From: Thermoanaerobaculia bacterium
Lineage (GTDB): Bacteria; Acidobacteriota; Thermoanaerobaculia; UBA5066
Assembly: GCA_963816185.1 (NCBI GenBank)
Contig: CAWFJJ010000029.1
Span: 1 to 64,000 of the forward strand
DNA length: 64,000 nt
Direction of reading: 5' to 3'
Made by a program: the position numbers and the translations under genes
In this document: piece by piece, positions 38,497 through 48,412 of the stretch
Position numbering within the stretch: the first letter of the stretch is position 1
Layout of the letters: each line of letters starts with the position of its first letter
The notes under the pieces: model-generated
The model's database searches: none
What the model was told of the DNA's origin: nothing
What the model saw: the letters and a program-made list of their open reading frames with translations, nothing else

Positions 38497-40641
38497 CTGA
38501 CTTTCCGGATTCTCCTCCTCGCGAACGCGCTCGCCCTGGGGAGCCCTGCGCGAGCGGCCTCACCCGAAATTCCGGAGGCCGCCCGGGCAGCGGAAGCCGT
38601 GCGCGAGCGCCTGCGCGCCGCGTCGGCCGCTCTCATGCGGGAAGACGGCTCCGCCGCAACCCTCGTCGCGGGCCTCGACGCGTCGTCTCTCGGGCTGTCC
38701 GGCCTGCCCCCGTGGATCGCCCTCGAGGCCGGGTTCGGCCCGAAGACGACGGGCGTCGACGAGCTCCTCGCGTTTGCGGCGAAAGAGCCCGCCGAGCCCT
38801 TCGCGCGGATCGCGCTCGGGGCGGCCGCGCGTCTCGCCGCGACCCCCGAAGAGCGTACCGCCGTGCGCGGCGCTCTTCTGGCTCGACCGGCGCCGCCGCC
38901 CTCTCATCCGCGAGCGTTCATTTCGCGAGCGCTGGCCGACGCGCACGTTTTCGAGGGCGAAGCCAGCCGCCAGCGCCTCGTCGGTCTCGCAGCCGTCTTT
39001 CCCGACGCACCTGCACGCGCCGCCGACCTCTTCGACGACGCCGACCGCAACGCATTCGACGCGGCTGTCAGCACGGCGCCCGCCGACGTTCGCGTGAAGA
39101 GGGCACGGGTGCTCGTCGCCCGCGATCCTCGGGCCGCGTCCATTCTTCTGCGCTCTATCGGCACCGATCTCCCCGCCTCTTTGATCCCCGCGGCGGCCGA
39201 TGCCTGGCTCGTCGCGGGAAGCCCGCGCGACGCCAAGCGCCTCCTCGCGCGCCTGCGAGACGCTCCGCTCGACGAGGCCGCGGCTCTCCATCTCTCTGCG
39301 CTCTCGTGGCTCGTCCAGACGAGCCTCCTTCACGCACCTGAACGCCCGCCCGCGCGCCGCGCACGCCGCAGGCGATCCGTCAGGTCCGCGAAGGCTCCCG
39401 CCCCGGTCTCCGAGAAGGAGAAGGCCGCCGCGTCAGAACGCCTCGCCCGTCTCGACGCGCTTCTCCTCCAGCCGCTCGGCGAGGACGACCGCCGGCGGCT
39501 TCTCGACAGGGGAATCCGTCTCGCCTTCAGAACCTCTCACGACGACGAGGCCCGGCGCCTCCTCACGCCCCTCGTGACCCTCGACCCCTCGACCGAAGCC
39601 GGCGCGTCGGAGTGGTTCGCGGAGGCCTGGGCGCATTACAGGGCCGGCGATTTCGCGGCCGCCGCTCGCCTCCTCGACGAGCAGATCACGGCTTACCGCA
39701 CGGTGTTCGTGAAGCGCCGGGCGACGTACTGGTCCGCCCGCTCCCACGAGCGAGGCGGGGACGTGAATACGGCGAAGGCGCTTTACGCGGGACTCATCTC
39801 GGGCACCGTTCCCGACCTTTACGCGCGGTGGGCGGCCGCCGCGCTCGGCGTCACGTTGCCGGCCACGCCGCCCGCCCTCGTCCCCACGGAGCCGGAGGGT
39901 GACGTCGGGGTGCCGGGCGCGCCCTCGCGAGAGCTCCTCCGGTGCGGATTCCCCGACCTGGCCGAGGACGCCGCCGAAAGCGAGGGATCGCTCGACTCGC
40001 TCTTCGCGGGCCGCACCGCCTCGGCCAGGGGCGATTACCGTCGCGCAGCCGCCATCCTGAAGAGGCGGTATCCGGAGCTGGGGACTCCGGAAGAGGGCGC
40101 CGTGCCTCCCGAAGCGCGGAGCGCGTTTTACCCGCTCGCGGACGCGGACCGAATCGCGGAGGCTGCGCGCGCGGTGGGAGTCCCCGCCTCGCTTCTCTTC
40201 GGCCTCATTCGGCAGGAAAGCGTTTTCACCGAGAACGCGAAGTCGCACTCGGGCGCCCTCGGTCTCATGCAGGTCATGCCATCGACCGGGCGGCTGCTCT
40301 ACCGAAAGGAGAACGGCAAGGGACGCCCGGACCTCAGCGACCCGAACGCGAACCTGCGCCTGGGCGCGCGCTACCTCAAGCAGCTCCTCGACACGTTCTC
40401 GGGCGACACCGCCGCGGCGCTTGCGGCATACAACGCGGGGCCGGGACGCGTCCGCGCCTGGAAGAAGACCTCGGGCCTCGCGCCGGAAGACGAGTTCCTC
40501 GAGTCGATCCCGTTCGGAGAGACACGCCTCTACGTCAAACGCGTTCTCTTCTACCAAGGCAGCTACGCCTCTCTCTACGGGCTCTCGCTCGAGGCCGTGC
40601 CGCCCGTCGCGTCGCTTCCTGCGGCCCAGCCGACACCTTGA
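38497..40641 (+). CDS. Soluble lytic transglycosylase with TPR-like repeats (probable CTG start)
   Basis: IRQES, GALGLMQVMP, AAYNAGPG, ETRLYV. A signal peptide appears only if translation starts at CTG 38497. Confidence 0.9.
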   Translation: MTFRILLLANALALGSPARAASPEIPEAARAAEAVRERLRAASAALMREDGSAATLVAGLDASSLGLSGLPPWIALEAGFGPKTTGVDELLAFAAKEPAEPFARIALGAAARLAATPEERTAVRGALLARPAPPPSHPRAFISRALADAHVFEGEASRQRLVGLAAVFPDAPARAADLFDDADRNAFDAAVSTAPADVRVKRARVLVARDPRAASILLRSIGTDLPASLIPAAADAWLVAGSPRDAKRLLARLRDAPLDEAAALHLSALSWLVQTSLLHAPERPPARRARRRRSVRSAKAPAPVSEKEKAAASERLARLDALLLQPLGEDDRRRLLDRGIRLAFRTSHDDEARRLLTPLVTLDPSTEAGASEWFAEAWAHYRAGDFAAAARLLDEQITAYRTVFVKRRATYWSARSHERGGDVNTAKALYAGLISGTVPDLYARWAAAALGVTLPATPPALVPTEPEGDVGVPGAPSRELLRCGFPDLAEDAAESEGSLDSLFAGRTASARGDYRRAAAILKRRYPELGTPEEGAVPPEARSAFYPLADADRIAEAARAVGVPASLLFGLIRQESVFTENAKSHSGALGLMQVMPSTGRLLYRKENGKGRPDLSDPNANLRLGARYLKQLLDTFSGDTAAALAAYNAGPGRVRAWKKTSGLAPEDEFLESIPFGETRLYVKRVLFYQGSYASLYGLSLEAVPPVASLPAAQPTP

Positions 40642-40648
40642 TCGGCGC

Positions 40649-41125
40649 TCAGGCTGTGCCGGTAGCCCTCCCCGCGGGCTTGCTGGCGAGCTTGCGGCAG
40701 GCGGCGCAGAGGCCGCGAATCTGGTGGGAGTGCGACGTCGCGACGAAGTCGTGCTCCCGGCAGACGGCCTCCTGGCGTTTCTCGATGGCCGCGTCGATGA
40801 ATTCGATGACCTTGCCGCAGCTCGAGCACACGAGGTGGTCGTGGTGCTCGCCCTTTCGGAGCCGCTCGTAGCGATATTTCTCCTCGTTCAGCCGCACGCG
40901 CCCCACGAGCCCGCACCCGTGAAGAAGCTCGAGAGTGCGGTAGATCGTCGCGCGGCTGACCTTCGTTCCGCGGTCGCGCATGCGGATCACGAGATCCTCG
41001 GCGTCGAAATGCCGGTGGGCGGAGAAGATCTCGTCGAAGAGGGCGACCCTCTCGCGCGTGACCTTCAGACCCTTTTTCCTCAGGAAGTCATCGAAGACCC
41101 GGCGTTCGTCGGCGTATTGGTTCAC
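40649..41125 (-). CDS. Fur-family transcriptional regulator
   Basis: SRATIYRTL, HHDHLVCSSCG, C-terminal CAAC. Confidence 0.93.
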   Translation of the reverse strand: MNQYADERRVFDDFLRKKGLKVTRERVALFDEIFSAHRHFDAEDLVIRMRDRGTKVSRATIYRTLELLHGCGLVGRVRLNEEKYRYERLRKGEHHDHLVCSSCGKVIEFIDAAIEKRQEAVCREHDFVATSHSHQIRGLCAACRKLASKPAGRATGTA

Positions 41126-41221
41126 CCTCTAAAGATATCAGTCCTTTCGCTGCACGGGAATCCCCCCGTCCCCGGTTTCCCCCCGACCCCCTTCCGGGTC
41201 GGCGCGTAAGATTCCAAAAAG

Positions 41222-43381
41222 ATGTCCTCCGAGGCGGGTTCGTCGCGGCTCCCCGAGCGCATCGACCACTACCGGATCGTGCGCCGGATCGCGCTCGGCG
41301 GCATGGCCGAGATCTTCGAGGCCGTGGACGAGAGGTCCGGCCGGACGGTCGCGCTCAAGAAGATCCTGCCTCACATCGCCACGGATCCCGACTTCCTCGA
41401 CCGCTTCTTCCACGAGATCCGGATCCAGATCTCCCTCAAGCACCCGAACATCGTCGAGCTGGTGGACTGCAGCCCCACGCCGGACCTGGCGTACATCGTC
41501 ATGGAGTACGTGGATGGCGGCGAGCTGAACGGCCTCCGAAAACAGTCCGGCCGCTTTCCCTGGGAGATCGCGCTCTTCGTCACCCGCGAGGCCCTCACCG
41601 GTCTCGCGGCGGCTCATGCGAAGGGCGTCATCCATCGAGACATCAAGCCGCAGAACATCATGTGGACGCGCGAAGGGTGCGTCAAGATCGGCGACTTCGG
41701 GATCAGCCACGCCGCGCATCTCACGCGCCTCACGCACACGGGGACGGTCGTCGGCACGCCCGCGCACATGTCGCCCGAGCAGGCGCGGGGGGAGGAGCTT
41801 GACGCCAGATCCGACCTCTTCTCGATGGGAACCGTCCTCTACGAGCTCCTCTGCGGATACAACCCTTTCACGGCCGACTCGATCGCGTCCTCCCTCCGCC
41901 GCGTCGCGGACGCCGAGCCAGACCTGCCCTCGCTTCTGGATCCGTCGATCCCTCCTTCCGTCGATACGTTTTTGAGAAAGCTGCACGCGAAGGATCGGAC
42001 CCGGCGCTTCGCGAGCGCGAATGCCGCCTGTGACGCGCTCGATGCCCTCTATACGAAGGAGGGCGTCACGCGTCCCGGGGTTCTCTTCCGGACGTTTCTC
42101 GGGAATCCCGCCGCCTTCGTCGCCGAGCGCAACCGGCGGCTCGCCAAAGAGTCCGCTGCCGCCGCCGAACGCCTGCTCTCGGACGCGAACGCGCGCCCCG
42201 AGGAGGCTCTCTGGGCAGCGTACCGGACGGTCGCCTGCACGCCGGACGACCCCGCCGCGCAGACGCTCCTCAAGACCGCAGCCGTGCGCGCGGGGCAGCG
42301 CGAGAAGCCCCTCGACAACGCGCGCATCCGCGAGCTGGAGGAGGCGCTGAAAAGGGACCCCGACAACCTCGCCCTCCTCCTGCAGCTCGCGAAGCTCTAC
42401 CGCCTCGAGCACGATTTCCTGAACCTCATGCGTTTTTTCCGGAAGTTGCAGGCGCTCGCGCCCCCGGACCCTTATACGCAGGGGCAGATCGCCTCCCTCA
42501 TTTCGAGCGGCGAGCCGACGCCCGGGTTCGCGACACGCGCCGTGCCTCTCGGCGCGGGCGGGACGCCGCGCACGGTCCCGGTCATCCCGCAAGAGAAGAC
42601 GAGCCGCGCGGGCTTTCTCACCGCGGCTCTCGTCGTCGCCGCCCTCGCCGTGGTCGGCGTGTGGTGGGTCAAGCGGGCACCGCACCTCCCGTCGGGAGAA
42701 CGTCAGGCACGCCCGACGGCGCTCGCACCCGCCGTCGCGCCGGCCCGCCCGAGCACGAGCGGGGATCTCACGCTCGAGCGCGTGCTGGAGCACGGGGCAC
42801 TCCTCGAACGCGAGAGCGGGGCCCCCGCGGCCCTCGCGTTCTACGAGGACGCAGCCTCCCGGACCACGCAGGTGAGTTCCCGCGCCGTCCTGCTTTCGAG
42901 GATGGTCGATCTCGCTCTCAAGGGTCAGGACCGCGCGCGAGCGGCGAGAGCCCTGGATGAGCTGCTCAAAATTCCGGCAGCGCGCCCCGAGGCCCTCCTC
43001 AAGAAGGGCGACTTGCTCGAGACGCTCGGGCAGGGCGACGCCGCCGAGCGCGTCTTCGAGGAAGCGGCGCGGACGAGCAACCCGGAGGTGAGCGTTCGGG
43101 CGACGCTCCGGCTCGCGCGGGGCGCAGAGCGGGCGCAGAACGCGCTCCGCGCGACCACGCTCTACGAGGAGATCCTCCTCAAGACCCCGGTCTCCTCGCA
43201 GGCGGACGAGGCGCGCCTCCGCCTCGCGGCTCTTTACGGAGCGGCAGGACGCCTTTCCGACGCGCGGCGGCTCTACGAGGAAGTCCTGGCGAACACGGCG
43301 CCCGCAAGCGACGCCCACAAGGCCGCCGAGGCCGGCATGAAGGTGCTCGAAGGCGCTCCGGCCGTGGAGAACCGCGGATGA
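41222..43381 (+). CDS. Membrane Ser/Thr protein kinase with TPR repeats
   Basis: [21 protein letters not shown]; TM segment and C-terminal TPR-like repeats. Confidence 0.92.
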   Translation: MSSEAGSSRLPERIDHYRIVRRIALGGMAEIFEAVDERSGRTVALKKILPHIATDPDFLDRFFHEIRIQISLKHPNIVELVDCSPTPDLAYIVMEYVDGGELNGLRKQSGRFPWEIALFVTREALTGLAAAHAKGVIHRDIKPQNIMWTREGCVKIGDFGISHAAHLTRLTHTGTVVGTPAHMSPEQARGEELDARSDLFSMGTVLYELLCGYNPFTADSIASSLRRVADAEPDLPSLLDPSIPPSVDTFLRKLHAKDRTRRFASANAACDALDALYTKEGVTRPGVLFRTFLGNPAAFVAERNRRLAKESAAAAERLLSDANARPEEALWAAYRTVACTPDDPAAQTLLKTAAVRAGQREKPLDNARIRELEEALKRDPDNLALLLQLAKLYRLEHDFLNLMRFFRKLQALAPPDPYTQGQIASLISSGEPTPGFATRAVPLGAGGTPRTVPVIPQEKTSRAGFLTAALVVAALAVVGVWWVKRAPHLPSGERQARPTALAPAVAPARPSTSGDLTLERVLEHGALLERESGAPAALAFYEDAASRTTQVSSRAVLLSRMVDLALKGQDRARAARALDELLKIPAARPEALLKKGDLLETLGQGDAAERVFEEAARTSNPEVSVRATLRLARGAERAQNALRATTLYEEILLKTPVSSQADEARLRLAALYGAAGRLSDARRLYEEVLANTAPASDAHKAAEAGMKVLEGAPAVENRG

Positions 43382-43797
43382 AATCGCATCGCAAGGTCCT
43401 GACGCTTCACGTTCCCGGCCGAATCGGCTTCGTGAACATCACGGGCGACGTCCAGGCTGCGGTCCACGAGAGCGGGGTCAAGGAGGGGCTCTGCCTCGTC
43501 AACCCCATGCACATCACGGCCTCGGTCTTCATCAACGACGACGAGGCCGGCCTTCACCGTGATTACGAGCGCTTCTTCGAGGCGCTCGTCCCCCACGACC
43601 CGGTCTCTCAGTGGCGCCACAACGACACCGGGGAGGACAACGCCGACGCGCACATCAAGCGGCAGCTCATGGGCCGCGAGGTCGTCGTCGCGATCACGAA
43701 GGGGCGGCTCGACTTCGGGACGTGGGAGCGGATCTTCTACGGCGAGTGGGACGGCCGCCGCGACAAGCGCGTCCTCATCAAGATTCTCGGGGAATAG
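43378..43797 (+). CDS. yjbQ: YjbQ/UPF0047 family protein
   Basis: [30 protein letters not shown]. Confidence 0.92.
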   Translation: MKSHRKVLTLHVPGRIGFVNITGDVQAAVHESGVKEGLCLVNPMHITASVFINDDEAGLHRDYERFFEALVPHDPVSQWRHNDTGEDNADAHIKRQLMGREVVVAITKGRLDFGTWERIFYGEWDGRRDKRVLIKILGE

Positions 43798-43809
43798 CGA
43801 AACGAGCCT

Positions 43810-45693
43810 TCACCCCTCGCCGGGCTTCTCCGCCTCAAGCGCGAGGTCGATGAGCGTGTCCGCGAGCCGCGTCGCGGCCGGGGTGTCCGCTCCGAGCGCT
43901 TCGGCGAAACGTGCGCGCACGCTCGCCTCGCGCGCCTCGTCGCGAATGGGACGGCCGGAGGTCTTCTTGACGGCTCCGACGCGCCGCGCCAGCTCGAGTC
44001 TTTGCGCCGCGAGCCGCGCAATGCCGCCATCCACGACGTCGATCGCGCGGCGGATCCTCTCCACCGAACCGCTCACCCCGGGCAGGATTCCGAATTCGTC
44101 GAGCAGCTCCTCGAGATCTTCGGGTAAAAGGGCTTGCGGCCCGTCGGAGAGCGCGGACTCGGGGGCATCGTGGACCTCGATCATGAGTCCGTCCACGCCC
44201 GCGCCCCACGCGGCGCGCGCGAGGCCCGGCACGAGGTCGCGCCGTCCCGCGGCATGCGAGGGGTCCGCGAAGAGCGGGAGATGCGTGAGGCTGCGCGCCA
44301 CGAGGAGGCCACCGAGATCGAGCGTCCCGCGCGTCGCCTTCTCGAACGTGCGGATGCCTCGTTCGCAGAGGATCACGTTCTTGCACCCCGCGTCCAGGAG
44401 GTACTCCGCCGAGGAGAGCCATTCTTCGACGGTCGTTCCGAACCCGCGCTTCAGGAAGACGGGGCGACCGCTCTTGCCCGCTTCCTTGAGGAGGTCGTAG
44501 TTCTGGCAGTTCCGCGCGCCGATCTGCAGGACGTCCGCCCGTTCGGCCACCGGGACGACCTGCGCGGGCGCCATCACCTCCGTCACGATCGGGAGTCCGA
44601 CCGCGTCACCGGCGTCCTTCAGCCAATCCAGAGCCTCGAGACCGTGCCCCTGGAACGAATAGGGGGACGTGCGCGGCTTGAAGACACCGCCACGGAGCGC
44701 CGTTGCGCCGGCGCGCGCCACGGCGCGTGCGAGACGCGCGACCTGCTCGGGCGACTCGACGGCACACGGCCCCGCGATCACCGCGCGGCGGCCTCCGCCC
44801 ACGACGAAGGGCCCCACGGCGACGACGCTCGCCTCGCGCACCTCGGTCACCTTCGGGATGTCGCGCATCCGGGGGGGGCGCACGAATTCCGGAGCGGGTC
44901 CGAGCCAGATCACGCGCTCTCCCGCCGCGGGCCGGCCCGTGAGAGCCGTGGCGCGCGCGACGTTCTTCTCGGGCACGACCGCGAAGCCGCGGACTGGATC
45001 GCCAGGAGTACCCGGCAGCGAGAGCAGCTCGGAGCCGACTTGCGCGAGAGCCGACGATGCCCCCACGCCGGCGTAGAAGACGACGCGCGGCGCCAGGGCG
45101 TCGGGTGCCTCGTTCCCCGTGACGGCATCCGCGGCCCGGGCGCGCGCCAGCCGCCAGAACCGCGTCGTATTCGGGCGCACGTCCGACACGTCTTCCTCGA
45201 GGATGAGGAGGCCGGCCTCGAGGGCCGCCTCCTCCGAGCAGACGGCTGCCCGGGGCCCTCCCGATTCCTTCACGCGAAACGCGGCGTACGCCGTGTCGTG
45301 CGTGTCGATCGGAATCGCGTCGAGGCGCGCGAGGAGATGGCGGCACTGCCTGAGCACCGCGGCCTGCGAATGGACCTCGCGCACGCTCTCGAGCGCCAGC
45401 CCCTCCGGTGCGGCGAGGACGAGTCTCACGGGCACCTCGATCTCGGCCTCGACGGCGATCACGGATTCCAGGTCCGCAAGCGAGCGCGCCAGGGCGTCCA
45501 GGGACTCGAGGATCGGCCCGTCGACGCGGTTGACCGCGGGCAGCACGGCGCACGCGATCTCGCCGGCGCGGAGCGCGCGCAGCGTGCGCTCGAAGGTGGG
45601 GAAGGCCACCGGCTTCCCGCAGCGCGCCGCCGCACGCGCGCCGAAGGAGCCGGGCTGCCCCTGATAGCCTGCGAGATCCGCCCCGAGCGGCAT
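43810..45693 (-). CDS. Fusion of prephenate dehydratase, DAHP synthase (type I-beta) and chorismate mutase
   Basis: N-terminal YQGQPGSF...NTTRF (PDT); middle [36 protein letters not shown] (DAHPS); C-terminal RRAIDVVD...VGAVKK...IRDEARE (AroQ CM). Confidence 0.88.
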   Translation of the reverse strand: MPLGADLAGYQGQPGSFGARAAARCGKPVAFPTFERTLRALRAGEIACAVLPAVNRVDGPILESLDALARSLADLESVIAVEAEIEVPVRLVLAAPEGLALESVREVHSQAAVLRQCRHLLARLDAIPIDTHDTAYAAFRVKESGGPRAAVCSEEAALEAGLLILEEDVSDVRPNTTRFWRLARARAADAVTGNEAPDALAPRVVFYAGVGASSALAQVGSELLSLPGTPGDPVRGFAVVPEKNVARATALTGRPAAGERVIWLGPAPEFVRPPRMRDIPKVTEVREASVVAVGPFVVGGGRRAVIAGPCAVESPEQVARLARAVARAGATALRGGVFKPRTSPYSFQGHGLEALDWLKDAGDAVGLPIVTEVMAPAQVVPVAERADVLQIGARNCQNYDLLKEAGKSGRPVFLKRGFGTTVEEWLSSAEYLLDAGCKNVILCERGIRTFEKATRGTLDLGGLLVARSLTHLPLFADPSHAAGRRDLVPGLARAAWGAGVDGLMIEVHDAPESALSDGPQALLPEDLEELLDEFGILPGVSGSVERIRRAIDVVDGGIARLAAQRLELARRVGAVKKTSGRPIRDEAREASVRARFAEALGADTPAATRLADTLIDLALEAEKPGEG

Positions 45694-46574
45694 CACCTGG
45701 GCGTCGCGTCCGCCCGCGTCGAGACCGGCTCGCGCGTGACCTTCACGTCCTCCAGAACGACCGGGTACGCGTAGCCGGCGCCGAAGTCGCGGTCGATGTG
45801 AACGACGCCTTTCACGAGCACGACGTCGCCGACGGCCGCAGCGTCGTGGGTCGTCACCGTGAGGTCGTCGTCTTTCTTTTCTCGCGAACCGGTGCCGTCG
45901 CGAATGTGAATCCAGTTCCGGCCCATGATCGAGGCGTTGGCCTTCACGACCTTGCCGCGCACGGAAACGGTCTTGTCCTTCAGCGAAATCCGCTCCGCGA
46001 ACAACTGCGCCACCGTGCGTCCATCCTTGCCTTCGGCCTTCGCGACCACGACGTCACCGGCCTCCGCCGGGCCGCCCGCCACCGCCGCGTGCTGCGCGGC
46101 CATCAGGGATCGCTGCTGGTCTTCGGACCCGGAGCCGTGTGACGAGACCGGCGCGGGGGCCGCGCCTGCCGACAGAGGCGCGGCCGCTCCGCCGCCGAGG
46201 TTGCCGAAGACGATGCGATCGAATTTTCGGTTCAGCGTCTTGCTTTCGAAGCCGTCCATCGACATCGCGTTCACGACCGTGACGCGGTCGCCCTTCTTCA
46301 CGGACGTCTTCGTGACGGCGGCCCACATCTCGCCGCCGGAGGTTTCAAGGCGCATGTACGTGTAGTCGGAAGCGTCGAGCGTCTCCTGGACGACGCCCGA
46401 CACCGAGGCGAGAGCGAGCTGAGGCGCCTGCGGAATGACGGCGGCCGGAGTCGAAGCGTTGGGCGCCGCCGCCTGGCCGGGAGCGTCGGGGCCCCCAGCG
46501 CCCGCGGCGGGAGCGGCGGGCTTTCTGCCGCAGCCTGCGAAAAGAACGAGCGCAAGAACGAGGAATCGGCGCAT
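45693..46574 (-). CDS. Lipoprotein with two OB-fold-like domains (NrfJ-like)
   Basis: LFAGC lipobox; [14 protein letters not shown]...[15 protein letters not shown]; [14 protein letters not shown]...DFGAGYAY. Confidence 0.7.
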   Translation of the reverse strand: MRRFLVLALVLFAGCGRKPAAPAAGAGGPDAPGQAAAPNASTPAAVIPQAPQLALASVSGVVQETLDASDYTYMRLETSGGEMWAAVTKTSVKKGDRVTVVNAMSMDGFESKTLNRKFDRIVFGNLGGGAAAPLSAGAAPAPVSSHGSGSEDQQRSLMAAQHAAVAGGPAEAGDVVVAKAEGKDGRTVAQLFAERISLKDKTVSVRGKVVKANASIMGRNWIHIRDGTGSREKKDDDLTVTTHDAAAVGDVVLVKGVVHIDRDFGAGYAYPVVLEDVKVTREPVSTRADATPR

Positions 46575-46607
46575 GGGAAGGGTCTCCTTTTCCAGCCTCC
46601 GATCTTG

Positions 46608-46639
46608 ACAGAAGAAGGCCGCCCCGCGAGAGGCGGCCT
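46608..46639 (-). terminator. Probable terminator of the redox operon
   Basis: Minus strand AGGCCGCCTC-TCGC-GGGGCGGCCT followed by TCTTCTGT. Confidence 0.5.
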
Positions 46640-46669
46640 CGACCAGAGGAGCCGCGCGGCGGATGCCGC

Positions 46670-47380
46670 TCAGGACTCGAGGAAGGAGGATACCGCGCGG
46701 TGCCACTGCTCTTCGGACAGCAGGGCCGGGGGTGGCAGGACGAGCTCACCTCCGTCCGCCGCCGCAAGGCCGAGCTCTCCTTCGAGGAGATGCGCGAGCC
46801 GCGCCTCCTCGGCATGAAACCAGGCGCGCGCTTCCTCGCCTGTCGGAAAGCTCCGGTACGTATCCGAGGCCGGCCGCACCGAGAAGAGCCAGCCCCTCAC
46901 GTAAGGCGAGGACAACAGGAGGGACGGGTGGCGCCGCACGGCGCCGTTTACGGCCATGACCGTGCCCGTCACGGGCGAAGAGACGATCGCCGTCCGCGCG
47001 CCGCACGCGACCGTCACGGCCGGGCGTCCGGCCGCCAGGACGCTGCCCGGAGGCGGAAGATGGACGGCGGTGACGCCGTGGAGGAGGTGCCCCGCGAGAC
47101 CGTCGAGACCCACCCGCAGGTGACCGTCGGACTCGTCCAGCCACGCGTGGGACGGCGTGTACCGCCGGCGCTCGGCGAGAACGAGGCCGTCGATCTCCAC
47201 GAGGCCGAGCCGGCGCGCCCTGAGCCGCCGGATCGTCCTCTCCGCCACGCGATAGAGGCCCCACCCCACGAGGATGGGCGCGAGGGCGACGGCGACGAAG
47301 GCGACGAGAAGCAGAAGCCGGATGAGGAGGCCGACCACGAAGATGGCGGCTCCCTGCAAGAAAGTCAGAAGGGCTTCCAT
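46670..47380 (-). CDS. Membrane-anchored GcvH-like protein lacking the lipoyl lysine
   Basis: N-terminal TM; YTPSHAW...RVGLD...SPVTGTVMAVN...PYVRGWL; VACGART at the ESVKA position. Confidence 0.8.
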   Translation of the reverse strand: MEALLTFLQGAAIFVVGLLIRLLLLVAFVAVALAPILVGWGLYRVAERTIRRLRARRLGLVEIDGLVLAERRRYTPSHAWLDESDGHLRVGLDGLAGHLLHGVTAVHLPPPGSVLAAGRPAVTVACGARTAIVSSPVTGTVMAVNGAVRRHPSLLLSSPYVRGWLFSVRPASDTYRSFPTGEEARAWFHAEEARLAHLLEGELGLAAADGGELVLPPPALLSEEQWHRAVSSFLES

Positions 47381-47385
47381 GATGC

Positions 47386-47733
47386 TCACCTCTCTTTCGG
47401 AGCGGCGTGGCACGTGACGCAATCGTCGAATCCGTGCGCGCTCTTGCCGTCGTGGCACTTGCCGCAAGCAGCGCCCTTCTCCATGTCCTTGTGCTTGAGT
47501 CGGGGCGCCTGGGCCTCGGAACGGCGGAGGATCGGAAACAGAGCCGGGTGGCAGGTCGTGCAGTCGGGCTTCCCGGCGTCGACGTGCGTCGCGTGGCGGA
47601 ACGTGACGACGCCCGGGCTGTCCGAGCCCTGCGGGAGAGCGCGGTCGTTCGGCAGGCGGGGGAGGCTGCCCGCGAGAACCGCCCCCGTCAGAGCGAGCGC
47701 GAGAAGGAGGGCGACGGGTTGGAGATGTCTCAT
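47386..47733 (-). CDS. Periplasmic triheme c7-type cytochrome
   Basis: Signal peptide; FRHATH, CTTCH, CGKCH, CVTCH. Confidence 0.88.
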   Translation of the reverse strand: MRHLQPVALLLALALTGAVLAGSLPRLPNDRALPQGSDSPGVVTFRHATHVDAGKPDCTTCHPALFPILRRSEAQAPRLKHKDMEKGAACGKCHDGKSAHGFDDCVTCHAAPKER

Positions 47734-47743
47734 GGCGGCCGCC

Positions 47744-48412
47744 TCACTTTCCCTCGAGGAACTGCCGGGCCAGCTCGTCCCAATGATCCTCGTCGAGGGC
47801 GCGCGCGATGCCGTGCACCGGCGTTCCGCCGTCCTGCAAAACGACGCCGAGCTGCGGCGTGAGGTTCTGCGCGAGCCTCCCCGCCGCGGTGTCGAGGAAC
47901 CGGCGGGCCGCGTCACCCGAGAAGAGGTTCTTGAGGTTGCCGGTCAGCCAGCGGGGCTCGACCTTCATGAGCCAGCCGCCGCAGTAGGGGTCGCGTTGCG
48001 CCTCGTCCGGATGCGCGCGAACGGATTCGTTCAACGCGACGACGTGACCGTCGACCGGCGAGAGCACGTCGAGCGGCTGGCCGCCGGCCACGACCGTGAA
48101 CGCCTTCTGGCCTTGCCGGACCGGTGCGCCGATCTCGGGAAGGCGGACCTGATCGAGCGGGCCCAAGAGCTTGTGAGCGAAATCGTCGAGGCCGACCTCC
48201 ACCATTCCGCCCTGCGGCCGCGCCCAGGCATGGCCCGCGTGGAGGTGGACGCCATTCGGAACTTGGAACCAGCCGAAGCCGAGGGCGTGATCGGGAATCG
48301 GCTTGCCCTGGACGAAACGCCAGAAGGGGACGAACAGGAGGAGGTACCCCACGGCGATGAGGTACTCGATCGCCTTGGTGGTCTGGGGGCTGAGGAGCTC
48401 GTGCTCGTTCAT
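47744..48412 (-). CDS. Membrane-anchored GcvH-like protein lacking the lipoyl lysine
   Basis: N-terminal TM (KAIEYLIAVGYLLLFVPFW); HAGHAW...VGLDDFA...SPVDGHVVALN...DPYCGGWL; VVAGGQ at the lipoyl site. Confidence 0.82.
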   Translation of the reverse strand: MNEHELLSPQTTKAIEYLIAVGYLLLFVPFWRFVQGKPIPDHALGFGWFQVPNGVHLHAGHAWARPQGGMVEVGLDDFAHKLLGPLDQVRLPEIGAPVRQGQKAFTVVAGGQPLDVLSPVDGHVVALNESVRAHPDEAQRDPYCGGWLMKVEPRWLTGNLKNLFSGDAARRFLDTAAGRLAQNLTPQLGVVLQDGGTPVHGIARALDEDHWDELARQFLEGK

